Shown one piece after another: positions 9,843-17,890 of a stretch of DNA of 36,264 bases. A program made the position numbers and the translations under genes. How positions within the stretch are numbered: the stretch's first letter is position 1; every line of letters begins with the position of its first letter. The stretch lies in contig DYIG01000001.1 of the NCBI GenBank assembly GCA_020723725.1, forward strand, positions 1 to 36,264, read 5' to 3'. Source of the stretch: Thermaerobacter marianensis (lineage in GTDB: Bacteria > Bacillota > Sulfobacillia > DYIH01 > DYIG01). The notes under the pieces are model-generated. The model did no database searches and was not told the origin of the DNA. It was given only the letters and a program-made list of their open reading frames with translations.

Positions 9843-9875
9843 AAAAAAAGCAGAGGGTCGAATTAGACCCTCTGC
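9843..9875 (-). terminator. rho-independent terminator immediately after Hex-A
   Basis: Minus-strand RNA reads GCAGAGGGUC-UAAUUC-GACCCUCUGC (10-bp stem; 9866-9875 pairs with 9850-9859) followed by seven U (9843-9849). It lies 20 nt after the Hex-A stop. Confidence 0.85.
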
Positions 9876-9895
9876 CTTGCAACCTTACAACTTGC

Positions 9896-12148
9896 TTACT
9901 TCCAACCCTTCCTGGTTACGCTGTGACACCTGTAGCAGGAGGACGCCATCGGGTTGAACCTCGCGAGGGCGGAGCTCACACCGAACTGAGTCCAGTACTT
10001 GGTGTCGTTGACCCAGTACTTCGGCTGGGTTTCGTAACGCGGATCGATGGCAGAGCTGCCCGGGTGAGTGGCTTCGCCATTGCTGCTATTGATGTTGGCA
10101 TTGTCAGCATCCCTGTTCCAGAGGTAGCCGGTGATGTTATCACGCGACACACCGGTGGAATCGTTCACATCGCCATTGGCGTAAGCAACCTCGATGCGCT
10201 CGGAGCCGGAGCCGTGAGGCACGTGGCAGCTCAAGCAGGTCATCATATTCTGCTGGTAGGAACCGGAGGCATCCTGTTCCAGCTGACCTTCGAGCGGGAG
10301 GATCGGATCCTGGACGCGGGTCTGGCCTACGCCCTGGCAGCTGGCGAGCTGCAGAGAATTCGGATCAGGATTACCCGCGGCATCATAACCAAACGGGTTG
10401 TTGAGGGAGTCATCGTCACCCGTACAAATGTCACCGGTTTCAGCGGCAACCGGACCATCGATGAGTTTACCCTCTTCCCAAGCGCCCATGGCTTCGGTGT
10501 TGATCGGGTGCTTGTGCTGGCCAAGGACCTTCTCCATCACAGCGGGCGACCAGTCACCATTCGGATCTTTGTAGTTGGCAAGACCCATGTTGCCGGTGCC
10601 GTAGCCATTGCTGTAGGTGAAGTAGCCGATCGGGCCAGTGCCGGAGTTGGTCTGCTGAGCAGTTTGCCAACCGGACATGTTGGTACCATCCGGATAGACA
10701 TAGTTGTCACGGGCGATGCGGGCTTCATGCCACGCGAAGGCACGGTGACAGGCGGTACAGAAGGTGGTCATACCACCCATCGGCTGTACCTCTTTACAAC
10801 GTCCGCCGGTCGGTGAGGTGCTGTCTACTACCCAAGAACCTTCCATCGCACCTTCACACGCAGCCTGAGCAGCAGCGGATGAAGCGAAAGCAACCGGGTC
10901 TTCGTAGTGCGGATCGTAGAAGATCGTCACAGAGTTACCACCAGAGAGGAACTTGGTGTACATAGCGCGACCTTCCCAGACACCACGATCGGAGCTGGCA
11001 TCGGTCTTGGAGGTATCAACTTCAGATACGCCACGGACCACGATGTTGTGGCGGTCGTTGATCACGCCGCGAAGGATACGGTAGTTCTTGGAACGGTTGT
11101 GAGGCTCGTGGCAGGAGGAGCAAACCAACCAGCTGCCCCAGTTGTAGCTGACATACTTGTAGTCGGTATCCTTCGGCTTGGCCTGGGTCGAATCCTCGAG
11201 GAGCCAGCCGCTACCAGGAGCCATCCAGATACGGGCGGAACCGCTGGCGATCTTGTCTTTCAGGCGCTGCTGGGTTTCATCCAGGTTGTCACCGGGGCTG
11301 GCGGCACGCATCACGTTGTGAGCAGAGGTGAGCTGCACACCGGAACCAGCCTTGAGGCGGTCACCGAACGGACCGGCAGCAGCATAGGCCTTGTCGGCCC
11401 AGCTATTGCCGAGGCGGACATAGCCACGGACCTCGTCGTACTTGGAACCGGTACCATCATGGCAGGTTCCGCAGAGGTCGGTAACGGTTGGACCCTTCAG
11501 GAGCTTCTTGGCCTTGGAGCTGTGGAGCCCGTGACAGGCAGTACAGGCGTTGGTGTACTCGGAGTAGTTACCGTGCCTGTTCTGCGTTGGCGGGAACGCA
11601 GCTGCCACAACATACTTGTTGAGGTTCGGATCCACGTCGGTGCTGGCGCCTACATAGTAGTAGTACTCTTCGTAAGCAGCCACGCTGGCATCATCATAGG
11701 TAACGTAGGCGTACCTATCATTAGCCCACTTATCGGTGCTCCACTCAGAGCCACAGGAGTTGAGGGTGGCTGTCTGAGTGCCACTGGCATCCTCAGAAAC
11801 ACTAACAGAACAGCTTGAGACGGCATTAAAGGAACGGCCATCATTACGCGTATGCTTATAGACAGTGTAGGTAACACTAGAACCGGTATTAGATTCAACG
11901 GGGGTAAACATTATGGTAACTTTAGACCCTGTATCGGTGCTGGAGACGATTGCTCTGGTATCATCAGGCCCGGCCTCACCGGGGACATCGCCGTTTGCAC
12001 CGGCGAACGCCGCGGAGGCAAGGAGCAGAGAACCAAGGGCTACTAGAGCGGATAGCAGGAATTTACGCATTATTAAAGGGGCACCTCCTCTAAGATTTTG
12101 CAAACTAATAAATCGAACTAACTTATGGAATGAACCACCGTTAGACAT
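9896..12148 (-). CDS. secreted hexahaem c-type cytochrome, family member Hex-A
   Basis: 750-aa ORF with six CxxCH (CTACH, CGTCH, CSSCH, CTACH, CLSCH, CYRCH). If translation starts at ATG 12070 (GGAGGTG at 12082-12090) it has a Sec signal peptide, MRKFLLSALVALGSLLLASAAFA. The ORF-track ATG at 12148 has its own GGAGGTG (12159-12167). Conserved family blocks are AAFPPTQNRHGNYSEYTNACTACHGLHSSK..LLKGPT.TDLCGTCHDGTGSKYDEVRG, CSSCHEPHN..KNYRILRG, DPILPLEG, CLSCHVPHGSGSERIEVA, ITGYLWNR and ALARFNPMASSCYRCHS. Confidence 0.9.
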   Translation of the reverse strand: MSNGGSFHKLVRFISLQNLRGGAPLIMRKFLLSALVALGSLLLASAAFAGANGDVPGEAGPDDTRAIVSSTDTGSKVTIMFTPVESNTGSSVTYTVYKHTRNDGRSFNAVSSCSVSVSEDASGTQTATLNSCGSEWSTDKWANDRYAYVTYDDASVAAYEEYYYYVGASTDVDPNLNKYVVAAAFPPTQNRHGNYSEYTNACTACHGLHSSKAKKLLKGPTVTDLCGTCHDGTGSKYDEVRGYVRLGNSWADKAYAAAGPFGDRLKAGSGVQLTSAHNVMRAASPGDNLDETQQRLKDKIASGSARIWMAPGSGWLLEDSTQAKPKDTDYKYVSYNWGSWLVCSSCHEPHNRSKNYRILRGVINDRHNIVVRGVSEVDTSKTDASSDRGVWEGRAMYTKFLSGGNSVTIFYDPHYEDPVAFASSAAAQAACEGAMEGSWVVDSTSPTGGRCKEVQPMGGMTTFCTACHRAFAWHEARIARDNYVYPDGTNMSGWQTAQQTNSGTGPIGYFTYSNGYGTGNMGLANYKDPNGDWSPAVMEKVLGQHKHPINTEAMGAWEEGKLIDGPVAAETGDICTGDDDSLNNPFGYDAAGNPDPNSLQLASCQGVGQTRVQDPILPLEGQLEQDASGSYQQNMMTCLSCHVPHGSGSERIEVAYANGDVNDSTGVSRDNITGYLWNRDADNANINSSNGEATHPGSSAIDPRYETQPKYWVNDTKYWTQFGVSSALARFNPMASSCYRCHSVTRKGWK

Positions 12149-12230
12149 TTCTCATTTTCACCTCCTCTCTGGCCTGAAGCGGCGTACCAGGCGCAAAAGA
12201 AACACAAACAAATAAATAAGAGTCGCTCTC

Positions 12231-12281
12231 TAATTAAGCAAAACGGCGAAATATATATCGAAATTTCTAGTTGCTTAATTT
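12231..12281. other. long imperfect hairpin in the Hex-A leader / divergent intergenic region
   Basis: AATTAAGCAA (12232-12241) pairs with TTGCTTAATT (12271-12280). An inner GAAAT/ATTTC stem is formed by 12248-12252 and 12263-12267. It lies between the predicted Hex-A promoter and the Hex-A start codons. Confidence 0.35.
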
Positions 12282-12322
12282 AGGCACAAAAATTGGACAG
12301 AAATACCTAGTCCTCAAATCTC

Positions 12323-12350
12323 ATTTTAACCTGAAGTGCATGGTTGTCAA
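12323..12350 (-). promoter_or_regulatory. sigma-A-type promoter candidate for Hex-A
   Basis: The minus strand reads TTGACA (12350-12345) - 16 nt - TAAAAT (12328-12323). This implies a leader of roughly 170-245 nt. Confidence 0.5.
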
Positions 12351-12377
12351 GGTATTCTGTGGATAACGACCTTTTAA

Positions 12378-12406
12378 TTGCTAAAAAGCCCGGGAGATGC
12401 TAATAT
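12378..12406 (+). promoter_or_regulatory. sigma-A-type promoter candidate for Hex-B
   Basis: TTGCTA (12378-12383) - 17 nt - TAATAT (12401-12406), with a TGc extended -10 immediately upstream. AAGGAG lies 8 nt before ATG 12492. Confidence 0.55.
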
Positions 12407-12491
12407 AAAGAGGATTTAACCTAGTACTTTCTGTTTATTTTTTATTAGTTTAATTGACGTGGCCCGATTTCTAATTTAAGGAGTCACGCAT

Positions 12492-14501
12492 ATGTTTTAT
12501 TCTCTATTGCTTAAGAGCAAGAGTCCAAAGAAACTTCTGACCCGCCAAGCATCCATCCTATTTTGGTTTGGCGTCTTTTGTCTTTATATCATTTTCATTT
12601 CTTCTGACAACTCATTGGCATTGAGCGCCAGCCCCGGATTCGCAGGGGAACTCGGACCTGTGGACACAAAGGCGATTGTCAACCGGACCAGTGGAGGGAG
12701 CCTGGCGGTGAAGGTATTGTTCACCCCTGATAAAGGCGCCGGTAACTATTCTGTCTATAGATATGCCCTCTACGGGGCCGACAACCCCTCGAGCCCCGCG
12801 AATATATGGAAGCGATCCTTTGACCAGCAGTCGGCTTGCACTGTTACCGGTGTTGGGTCTGACACAGATCTAGGGGTAGTTACTTACGTGTATCTGGATA
12901 ACGGATGCACCTCATCCGGCTGGTCTGTGGATGACCAGTATAAATATGTGGTCTTTACGGATCCCAATGTTGAGGCATATAACGAGTACTATTACTATGT
13001 GGCATATGAAACTGACCCAACTGCAGAACCCATCCCTCAGCCCGTATTCAACAACGGGAACTGGGTCCCATCGGGCCTGCATGACCTGAATAGGTATGTG
13101 GTGGCAGCAGCCTTTCCACCGACCCAGACACGCCATGGCAACTATTCGGAATATACCAATGCCTGCAATGCATGCCACGGTCTGCACAGCTCAAAGCACG
13201 TAAAACTGCTAAAGGGGCCAACGAGTACTGACCTTTGCGGGACCTGTCACGATGGTACAGGATCAAAATACGATGAAGTGCGTGGCAGGGTCCGGAAAAG
13301 CAATAGCTGGGCTGATTCAGAGTATGCTGCCGCAGGACCCTTTGGTAACCGGCTAAAACACAACAGCGGTATCAGCACAACTTCGGCTCACAACGTCACC
13401 CGGGTCAAGTGGGAGTTTGTGCAGAATAACAATGAGATGGGCGACATGCTGGATGACTCCGGGGCCTTTGATTTCTCAGCGCGGATCTGGCAGGCGCCAG
13501 GTTATTACTATGGCGGGGATTCCGACTCCCCGAAAAAATGGCTCTCCTGCATCTCTTGCCATGAACCCCATAATAAATATAAGAATTACAGGCTCTTAAA
13601 AGGCGAGATCAACGGTCGCAAGAACATCATTGTGCGAGGAGTCAGTGCTACCAACGTTTATTCCGGCGACGGCAACCCCTATGAGAGAGGGGAATGGGAA
13701 AAACGATACATGTACACCAAGTTCCTTTCAGGTGGAAACAGCACCGACAGCACCGTAAGCGGCATGGGTGGCGTTGTTTCCTTCTGCACCGCGTGTCACT
13801 CTGCCTTTGCCGTGGGAGCCAGTTCACAGTCTGATCCCAGCTTGGGGATATATGTCGCCCCCACAAGCGACAACTTCAATTGCAGCGGCGGGGATTGCAC
13901 GAAGAGTCAGGACCAGGTTGCCTCAGACGCCGAACGGATCCCACCCGGGACCCACAAGCACCCTGTCGGGGTGGAGGCAGCCTATGCCCCTGCGGTAGAT
14001 GGGCCGCTCAACGAATTTGGTGAAGTCTGCACCATGAATAAACAGACTGCGTTAAGCGATGACTGCAAGCAAGGTAGGGTAATCGACCCGATACTGCCGC
14101 TGGAAGGCCAGAAGGAATCAAAATCTGGCCCTACGGCGTATCGTCGCAACCTCGTGATGTGCTTGAGCTGCCATGTGCCACATGGTTCCGGTTCAGAACG
14201 ACTTGAAGTAGCATGGAAAAACAATAACCTCAATGACACTCAAAATGGACTTCGTGATGCTATCACCGGCTACCTGTGGAACCGGAACGTTCCCGACCAG
14301 AGCGCCATGGGGAGCCAGGAATACAAGCACCCTGATTCGCCAGGGCAGGCCGACCCGCAGTTTGGCACAGGGTCACAGGAACCCAGGTTCTGGGTTGCGA
14401 ACTCACCCTACTGGACGCAATACGGCTTCAGTTCCGCATTGTCACGGTTCAATCCAATGGCCTCCGCATGTTACCGCTGCCACAGCAGGACTAAAAAGTA
14501 A
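12492..14501 (+). CDS. secreted hexahaem c-type cytochrome, family member Hex-B (only plus-strand member)
   Basis: 669 aa with six CxxCH (CNACH, CGTCH, CISCH, CTACH, CLSCH, CYRCH). It has an N-terminal hydrophobic signal/anchor (ILFWFGVFCLYIIFISS..LALSA). The family blocks match Hex-A/C (AAFPPTQTRHGNYSEYTNACNACHGLHSSKHVKLLKGPTSTDLCGTCHDGTGSKYDEVRG; ..ALSRFNPMASACYRCHSRTKK-stop). Confidence 0.9.
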   Translation: MFYSLLLKSKSPKKLLTRQASILFWFGVFCLYIIFISSDNSLALSASPGFAGELGPVDTKAIVNRTSGGSLAVKVLFTPDKGAGNYSVYRYALYGADNPSSPANIWKRSFDQQSACTVTGVGSDTDLGVVTYVYLDNGCTSSGWSVDDQYKYVVFTDPNVEAYNEYYYYVAYETDPTAEPIPQPVFNNGNWVPSGLHDLNRYVVAAAFPPTQTRHGNYSEYTNACNACHGLHSSKHVKLLKGPTSTDLCGTCHDGTGSKYDEVRGRVRKSNSWADSEYAAAGPFGNRLKHNSGISTTSAHNVTRVKWEFVQNNNEMGDMLDDSGAFDFSARIWQAPGYYYGGDSDSPKKWLSCISCHEPHNKYKNYRLLKGEINGRKNIIVRGVSATNVYSGDGNPYERGEWEKRYMYTKFLSGGNSTDSTVSGMGGVVSFCTACHSAFAVGASSQSDPSLGIYVAPTSDNFNCSGGDCTKSQDQVASDAERIPPGTHKHPVGVEAAYAPAVDGPLNEFGEVCTMNKQTALSDDCKQGRVIDPILPLEGQKESKSGPTAYRRNLVMCLSCHVPHGSGSERLEVAWKNNNLNDTQNGLRDAITGYLWNRNVPDQSAMGSQEYKHPDSPGQADPQFGTGSQEPRFWVANSPYWTQYGFSSALSRFNPMASACYRCHSRTKK

Positions 14502-14531
14502 TACTAAAAAAAGTAAAAAGTAATACGAGGG

Positions 14532-15701
14532 CTACCCGTTTTTACGGTCTTCCTGGCTGCTCTCGGAAAAGGGGTCAGTGTTTCTTATAGGAGAGGCGGC
14601 GGTGTATAATTTAACGACGTTTCTGCCTGAATGCTTAGCGTTATATAGAGCGGCATCGGCACGCTCAACCAACTCTCCAACGGTGGATGCATCGTCCGGC
14701 ATAACGGCTATGCCGGCGGAAATGGTGAGGATCCCATTTGGCTGGGACTCCTGTCCCTTAAAGGGGTGTTCTTCAACTGCCTCGCGGATCCGTTCGGCGA
14801 CTCCGTATGCTTCAGCCCGCGTGGTTCGAGGGAGAATAATGCCGAATTCCTCCCCCCCGTACCGGCAGACAATATCCGTTTCGCGGCACTTTTCCACCAT
14901 GATACCGGTGATCTCGCGTAAAAGCCGGTCGCCCTCTCTGTGACCATGGGTGTCGTTATACCGCTTGAAGTGGTCGATATCGACCATAATAACGGCAAGG
15001 GACGTGTTTTTATCTTTGGCTTCCTTTAATAACTCCTCGAGCCGTTCGTAGAAGTAACGGTTGTTGTAGGCGGTTGTCAGGGAGTCCGTGTAAGAAAGAC
15101 GGGCCAATAACTCATTGGTGGAGGCCAATTCCTTGGCCGACGACTCCAATTCGCGCTTCATGATAAGCAGCTTCTCGTGCAACTGAACCATTGTGTTGAA
15201 CCGATAGTACCCAAAGACATAAATGGCGCTGAACACCACATGTATCCAAAAGGTCCCCATGTGAGGCGAACCGAGAAGCTCACGCCAGGCAATTACCGTC
15301 CCAATACCGTAAACGACCAAACACCAAACACTTGCCAATACGAGGTGACGAGTGCGGGATGTCAGGGAGTAAACCGACAGTACCTGCGCGGCAGGCATAA
15401 GCCAGAAGTCTTCCATTTCAGCAATACCCTTGACCATCCATAAAACAGTAACGACGGTATCCAATATAAAAGATACCGCCGTTCCATAACCAATGACATA
15501 CTTCTTCTGAAGGCAATACTTGGTTATAAAAAGGCTATACGCTGCTGTAACGAACAGCCAGGCCAATGTTATTGTTAAGTAGTACCCTGTGGCCAGTGCA
15601 GCACGGCCTCCGGAAGAGACCACCACCGGTAACAGGGCAATGCCAACGCCAATCCACTTCCATATTAATGCAGTACGGACGTCGGTTACTTCCAAAGCCA
15701 T
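14532..15701 (-). CDS. membrane-bound diguanylate cyclase (GGDEF domain, GGEEF active site, RxxD I-site)
   Basis: 389 aa. About 5-6 N-terminal hydrophobic helices are followed by a coiled-coil-like linker. The GGDEF core reads LTTAYNNRYF...IMVDIDHFKRYNDTHGH.EGD...RETDIVCRYGGEEFGIILP...SAGIA...ADAALYNAKHSGRN. Confidence 0.9.
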   Translation of the reverse strand: MALEVTDVRTALIWKWIGVGIALLPVVVSSGGRAALATGYYLTITLAWLFVTAAYSLFITKYCLQKKYVIGYGTAVSFILDTVVTVLWMVKGIAEMEDFWLMPAAQVLSVYSLTSRTRHLVLASVWCLVVYGIGTVIAWRELLGSPHMGTFWIHVVFSAIYVFGYYRFNTMVQLHEKLLIMKRELESSAKELASTNELLARLSYTDSLTTAYNNRYFYERLEELLKEAKDKNTSLAVIMVDIDHFKRYNDTHGHREGDRLLREITGIMVEKCRETDIVCRYGGEEFGIILPRTTRAEAYGVAERIREAVEEHPFKGQESQPNGILTISAGIAVMPDDASTVGELVERADAALYNAKHSGRNVVKLYTAASPIRNTDPFSESSQEDRKNG

Positions 15702-15781
15702 TCTCTACACCCACCAATAAACCTCTATAGACCAACACATTATTGTATCGGGTACGAGACGGCGAGTTACAGCGTTCTCTG

Positions 15782-16801
15782 CTAGAACTTTTTAATTTTA
15801 GCTTTTTCTCTCAAATCGGCTATATACTTATCCCAGGCCGCCATCTTTTTCTGTTCCAGGATACCATTCGTTATCCTGTCCCTCACCTCTTCAAAGGAGA
15901 ATTCCTTTGCGGGCTTCAACTCTTCTACTTTAATAATGTGGTAACCAACCGCACTCTGGACCAGACCACTGGTCTGCCCGGCTTCAAGAGCGAAGGCAGT
16001 GTCCTCCACTTCCTTTACTATCTGCCCGGACCCTTTATAGAACGGTCCCATCAACTCACCCGGGGGAGGGCCCTGAATACCGCTGCTCCCACTGACCCCT
16101 GAATGGGTGGAATCCTGAGGTATGTTGGGTTTTTCGTTCTGGGGGGCATACTTTTTGGCGACTTCGACAAAGTCAGCCCCTCCCTTGAGTTCATCTAGGG
16201 CTCTCCTGGCTTCCTCTTCTGTGGACACCCGTATTTCGCGGTATTTAACAGACTCAGGCTCACGCATCTGGGCCTTATTGGCCTCGTAGTACTGCCTGGC
16301 CTCGTTCGGATCGAGCTTAATTCCCCCGGTGACCTTCTCATGAAGGCTACGGATTATCATTTCGTCCTTGACCATAGCCTTGAGATCTTCATCAGTGATA
16401 CCCGCTTGTTTCAACGCCATGTTAAGCCGTTGTACCGAACCGCCGTAGGCCCTATCCCTCATGATCGACTTCAACCGAGTGGTCTCTTTGCTTACATCCT
16501 CATCTTTTATCCTGATGCCCTGTTTCTTGGCCTCGGCAAGGGCAACATATTCGTCAATCATTTGTTCAGCCATGGCCGAACGGGCAGGACCCATCTCACT
16601 TCGGCTGAACTGATGCCCGTAGGCGATCTGAAACAAAGCGAGTCTCTGCTCGATCTGGCGATCGGTAATCTTCTTATAATTCACACTGGCGACCGGGTTG
16701 CCAGCGCTCTTCTTACCACCACCGTTTCCACCGCAAGCAGTCGTGACAAGAGCCACAGAAAGGGTTAAAACAAAAAATAGAGCCAGTTTATTCTTCCGCA
16801 A
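15782..16801 (-). CDS. parvulin-type peptidyl-prolyl isomerase, lipoprotein-like, PrsA/SurA-like (PPIase-B)
   Basis: 339 aa. The signal peptide ends in ..ALVTTACGG, which is lipobox-like. The parvulin core reads FVEVAKKYAP...GELMGPFYKGSGQIVKEVEDTAFALEAGQTSGLVQSAVGYHIIKV. It is collinear with PPIase-A. Confidence 0.85.
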   Translation of the reverse strand: MRKNKLALFFVLTLSVALVTTACGGNGGGKKSAGNPVASVNYKKITDRQIEQRLALFQIAYGHQFSRSEMGPARSAMAEQMIDEYVALAEAKKQGIRIKDEDVSKETTRLKSIMRDRAYGGSVQRLNMALKQAGITDEDLKAMVKDEMIIRSLHEKVTGGIKLDPNEARQYYEANKAQMREPESVKYREIRVSTEEEARRALDELKGGADFVEVAKKYAPQNEKPNIPQDSTHSGVSGSSGIQGPPPGELMGPFYKGSGQIVKEVEDTAFALEAGQTSGLVQSAVGYHIIKVEELKPAKEFSFEEVRDRITNGILEQKKMAAWDKYIADLREKAKIKKF

Positions 16802-16822
16802 AGTATATAACTCCCTTTTTAT

Positions 16823-16862
16823 AAAATAAAATCACAAAATAAGCCCCCCGCCAGCAGGAGGC
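16823..16862 (-). terminator. possible intrinsic terminator/attenuator between NHL-B and PPIase-B
   Basis: Minus-strand RNA reads GCCUCC-UGCUGGCG-GGGGGC (6 bp including one G-U; 16843-16862) followed by UUAUUUUGUGAUUUUAUUUU. A TGtTATAAT extended -10 (16877-16885, minus strand) sits just upstream, so the regulatory logic here is unclear. Confidence 0.3.
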
Positions 16863-16903
16863 AACTGGTTGTTAACATTATAACATATCGCAAATTGGAC
16901 ACC

Positions 16904-17890
16904 TTAATATGACCAGATGGAATTTCTGTTATTCTCGCGATCGGCAATGTAAATGCGCTGGCCATCAACTACTATGCCGTTGGGGAAGTTCAACTCGCCG
17001 GTGCCCAAACCACGCACACCAAAGGAAAATAGTTCCTGGCCCGCCTGGTTGAACACCAGCACCTTGTGGGCAAATGTATCGGCAACGTAGATACGGCCCC
17101 GTCCGTCTGCATATATCCCCCTAGGCAACACCAACCCGGAAACAACCAACCGCACCCGTCCGTTGCTGTCAAACTGCTGAATACGTTCATTGTTGCTATC
17201 CGCAACCCAGACTCCACCCAAAGGGTCGGCCGTGACGCTGAATGGGTAGCTCATCAGGCCCGGACCATCACCTGGTCCCCCTATGAACCTGACAAACCGG
17301 TCTTTTTCATCGAAGACCATTATTTGATGGTTAACTGTTGCGACATACGAGTTGTCTTTCCCATCCTGACCCAAACCGAGCGGACCCACTTGCAGAGCCG
17401 GATCTTTGGCAGGGTCGGGTATGACAGCCTTAAACTGACCGTCCAAAGTGTAGATGTTAATACGGCTGTTGAGCAGGTCGGCGACGTAGACGTGGTTCTT
17501 GCGGATTATTACTGACGTGGGAAAATAAAGGTCCCCCTCCCCACGCCCCAGTTTGCCAAAACGCGTCACCCACTTGCCATCCTGGTCGAAGACCTGAATC
17601 TGATTGTTTTCGCTGTCAGCGACGTAGATGCGCCCATCGGGCGACACAGCCACACCCAGCGGGCCACGGAGCGGCGAACTGGGCGGGCCATAAATCTCAT
17701 TGACGGGCTGAGGGGGCACACCCATGTTTTCCCTTAGATCACTAATGTACGCGTCCAATCCAGGCGGGGATTGCTGCTCTTTATAATAGTAAAGCATTAT
17801 AACACCCGTAATCAGAACGAGAACCAAAGCGATGTTCAGGGTAGCCCCCAGAGTCAGCCCTCTGGAACCGCTTCCGCCTTTCCCCCTCAC
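16904..17890 (-). CDS. membrane-anchored NHL-repeat beta-propeller protein (NHL-B)
   Basis: 328 aa. The GTG start overlaps the TPR-B stop (GTGA). It has a TM helix (LNIALVLVLITGVIMLYYY). NHL units include IYGPPSSPLRGPLGVAVSPDGRIYVADSENNQIQVFD. Confidence 0.85.
   Translation of the reverse strand: MRGKGGSGSRGLTLGATLNIALVLVLITGVIMLYYYKEQQSPPGLDAYISDLRENMGVPPQPVNEIYGPPSSPLRGPLGVAVSPDGRIYVADSENNQIQVFDQDGKWVTRFGKLGRGEGDLYFPTSVIIRKNHVYVADLLNSRINIYTLDGQFKAVIPDPAKDPALQVGPLGLGQDGKDNSYVATVNHQIMVFDEKDRFVRFIGGPGDGPGLMSYPFSVTADPLGGVWVADSNNERIQQFDSNGRVRLVVSGLVLPRGIYADGRGRIYVADTFAHKVLVFNQAGQELFSFGVRGLGTGELNFPNGIVVDGQRIYIADRENNRNSIWSY

Noticed and set aside
9923-11818. Long plus-strand ORFs (297 aa at 9923-10816 and 303 aa at 10907-11818) antisense to Hex-A. 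Similar cases are 27112-28293 (393 aa), 33748-34509 (253 aa), 25219-25713, 25906-26676, 1208-2053 and 2516-3325.
   Set aside because: These are shadow ORFs on the opposite strand of GC-rich, clearly conserved genes. Their translations are low-complexity (Gly/Arg/Val/Thr-rich), with no SD sites, no recognisable motifs and no paralogy.
12149-12330. A cyclic-dinucleotide (GEMM-type) or other riboswitch in the long leaders of Hex-A, Hex-C (20850-21050) and Hex-D (26695-26866).
   Set aside because: I could not recognise the conserved GEMM core sequences or any block shared between the three leaders. This remains untested rather than disproved, and covariance-model scanning is needed.
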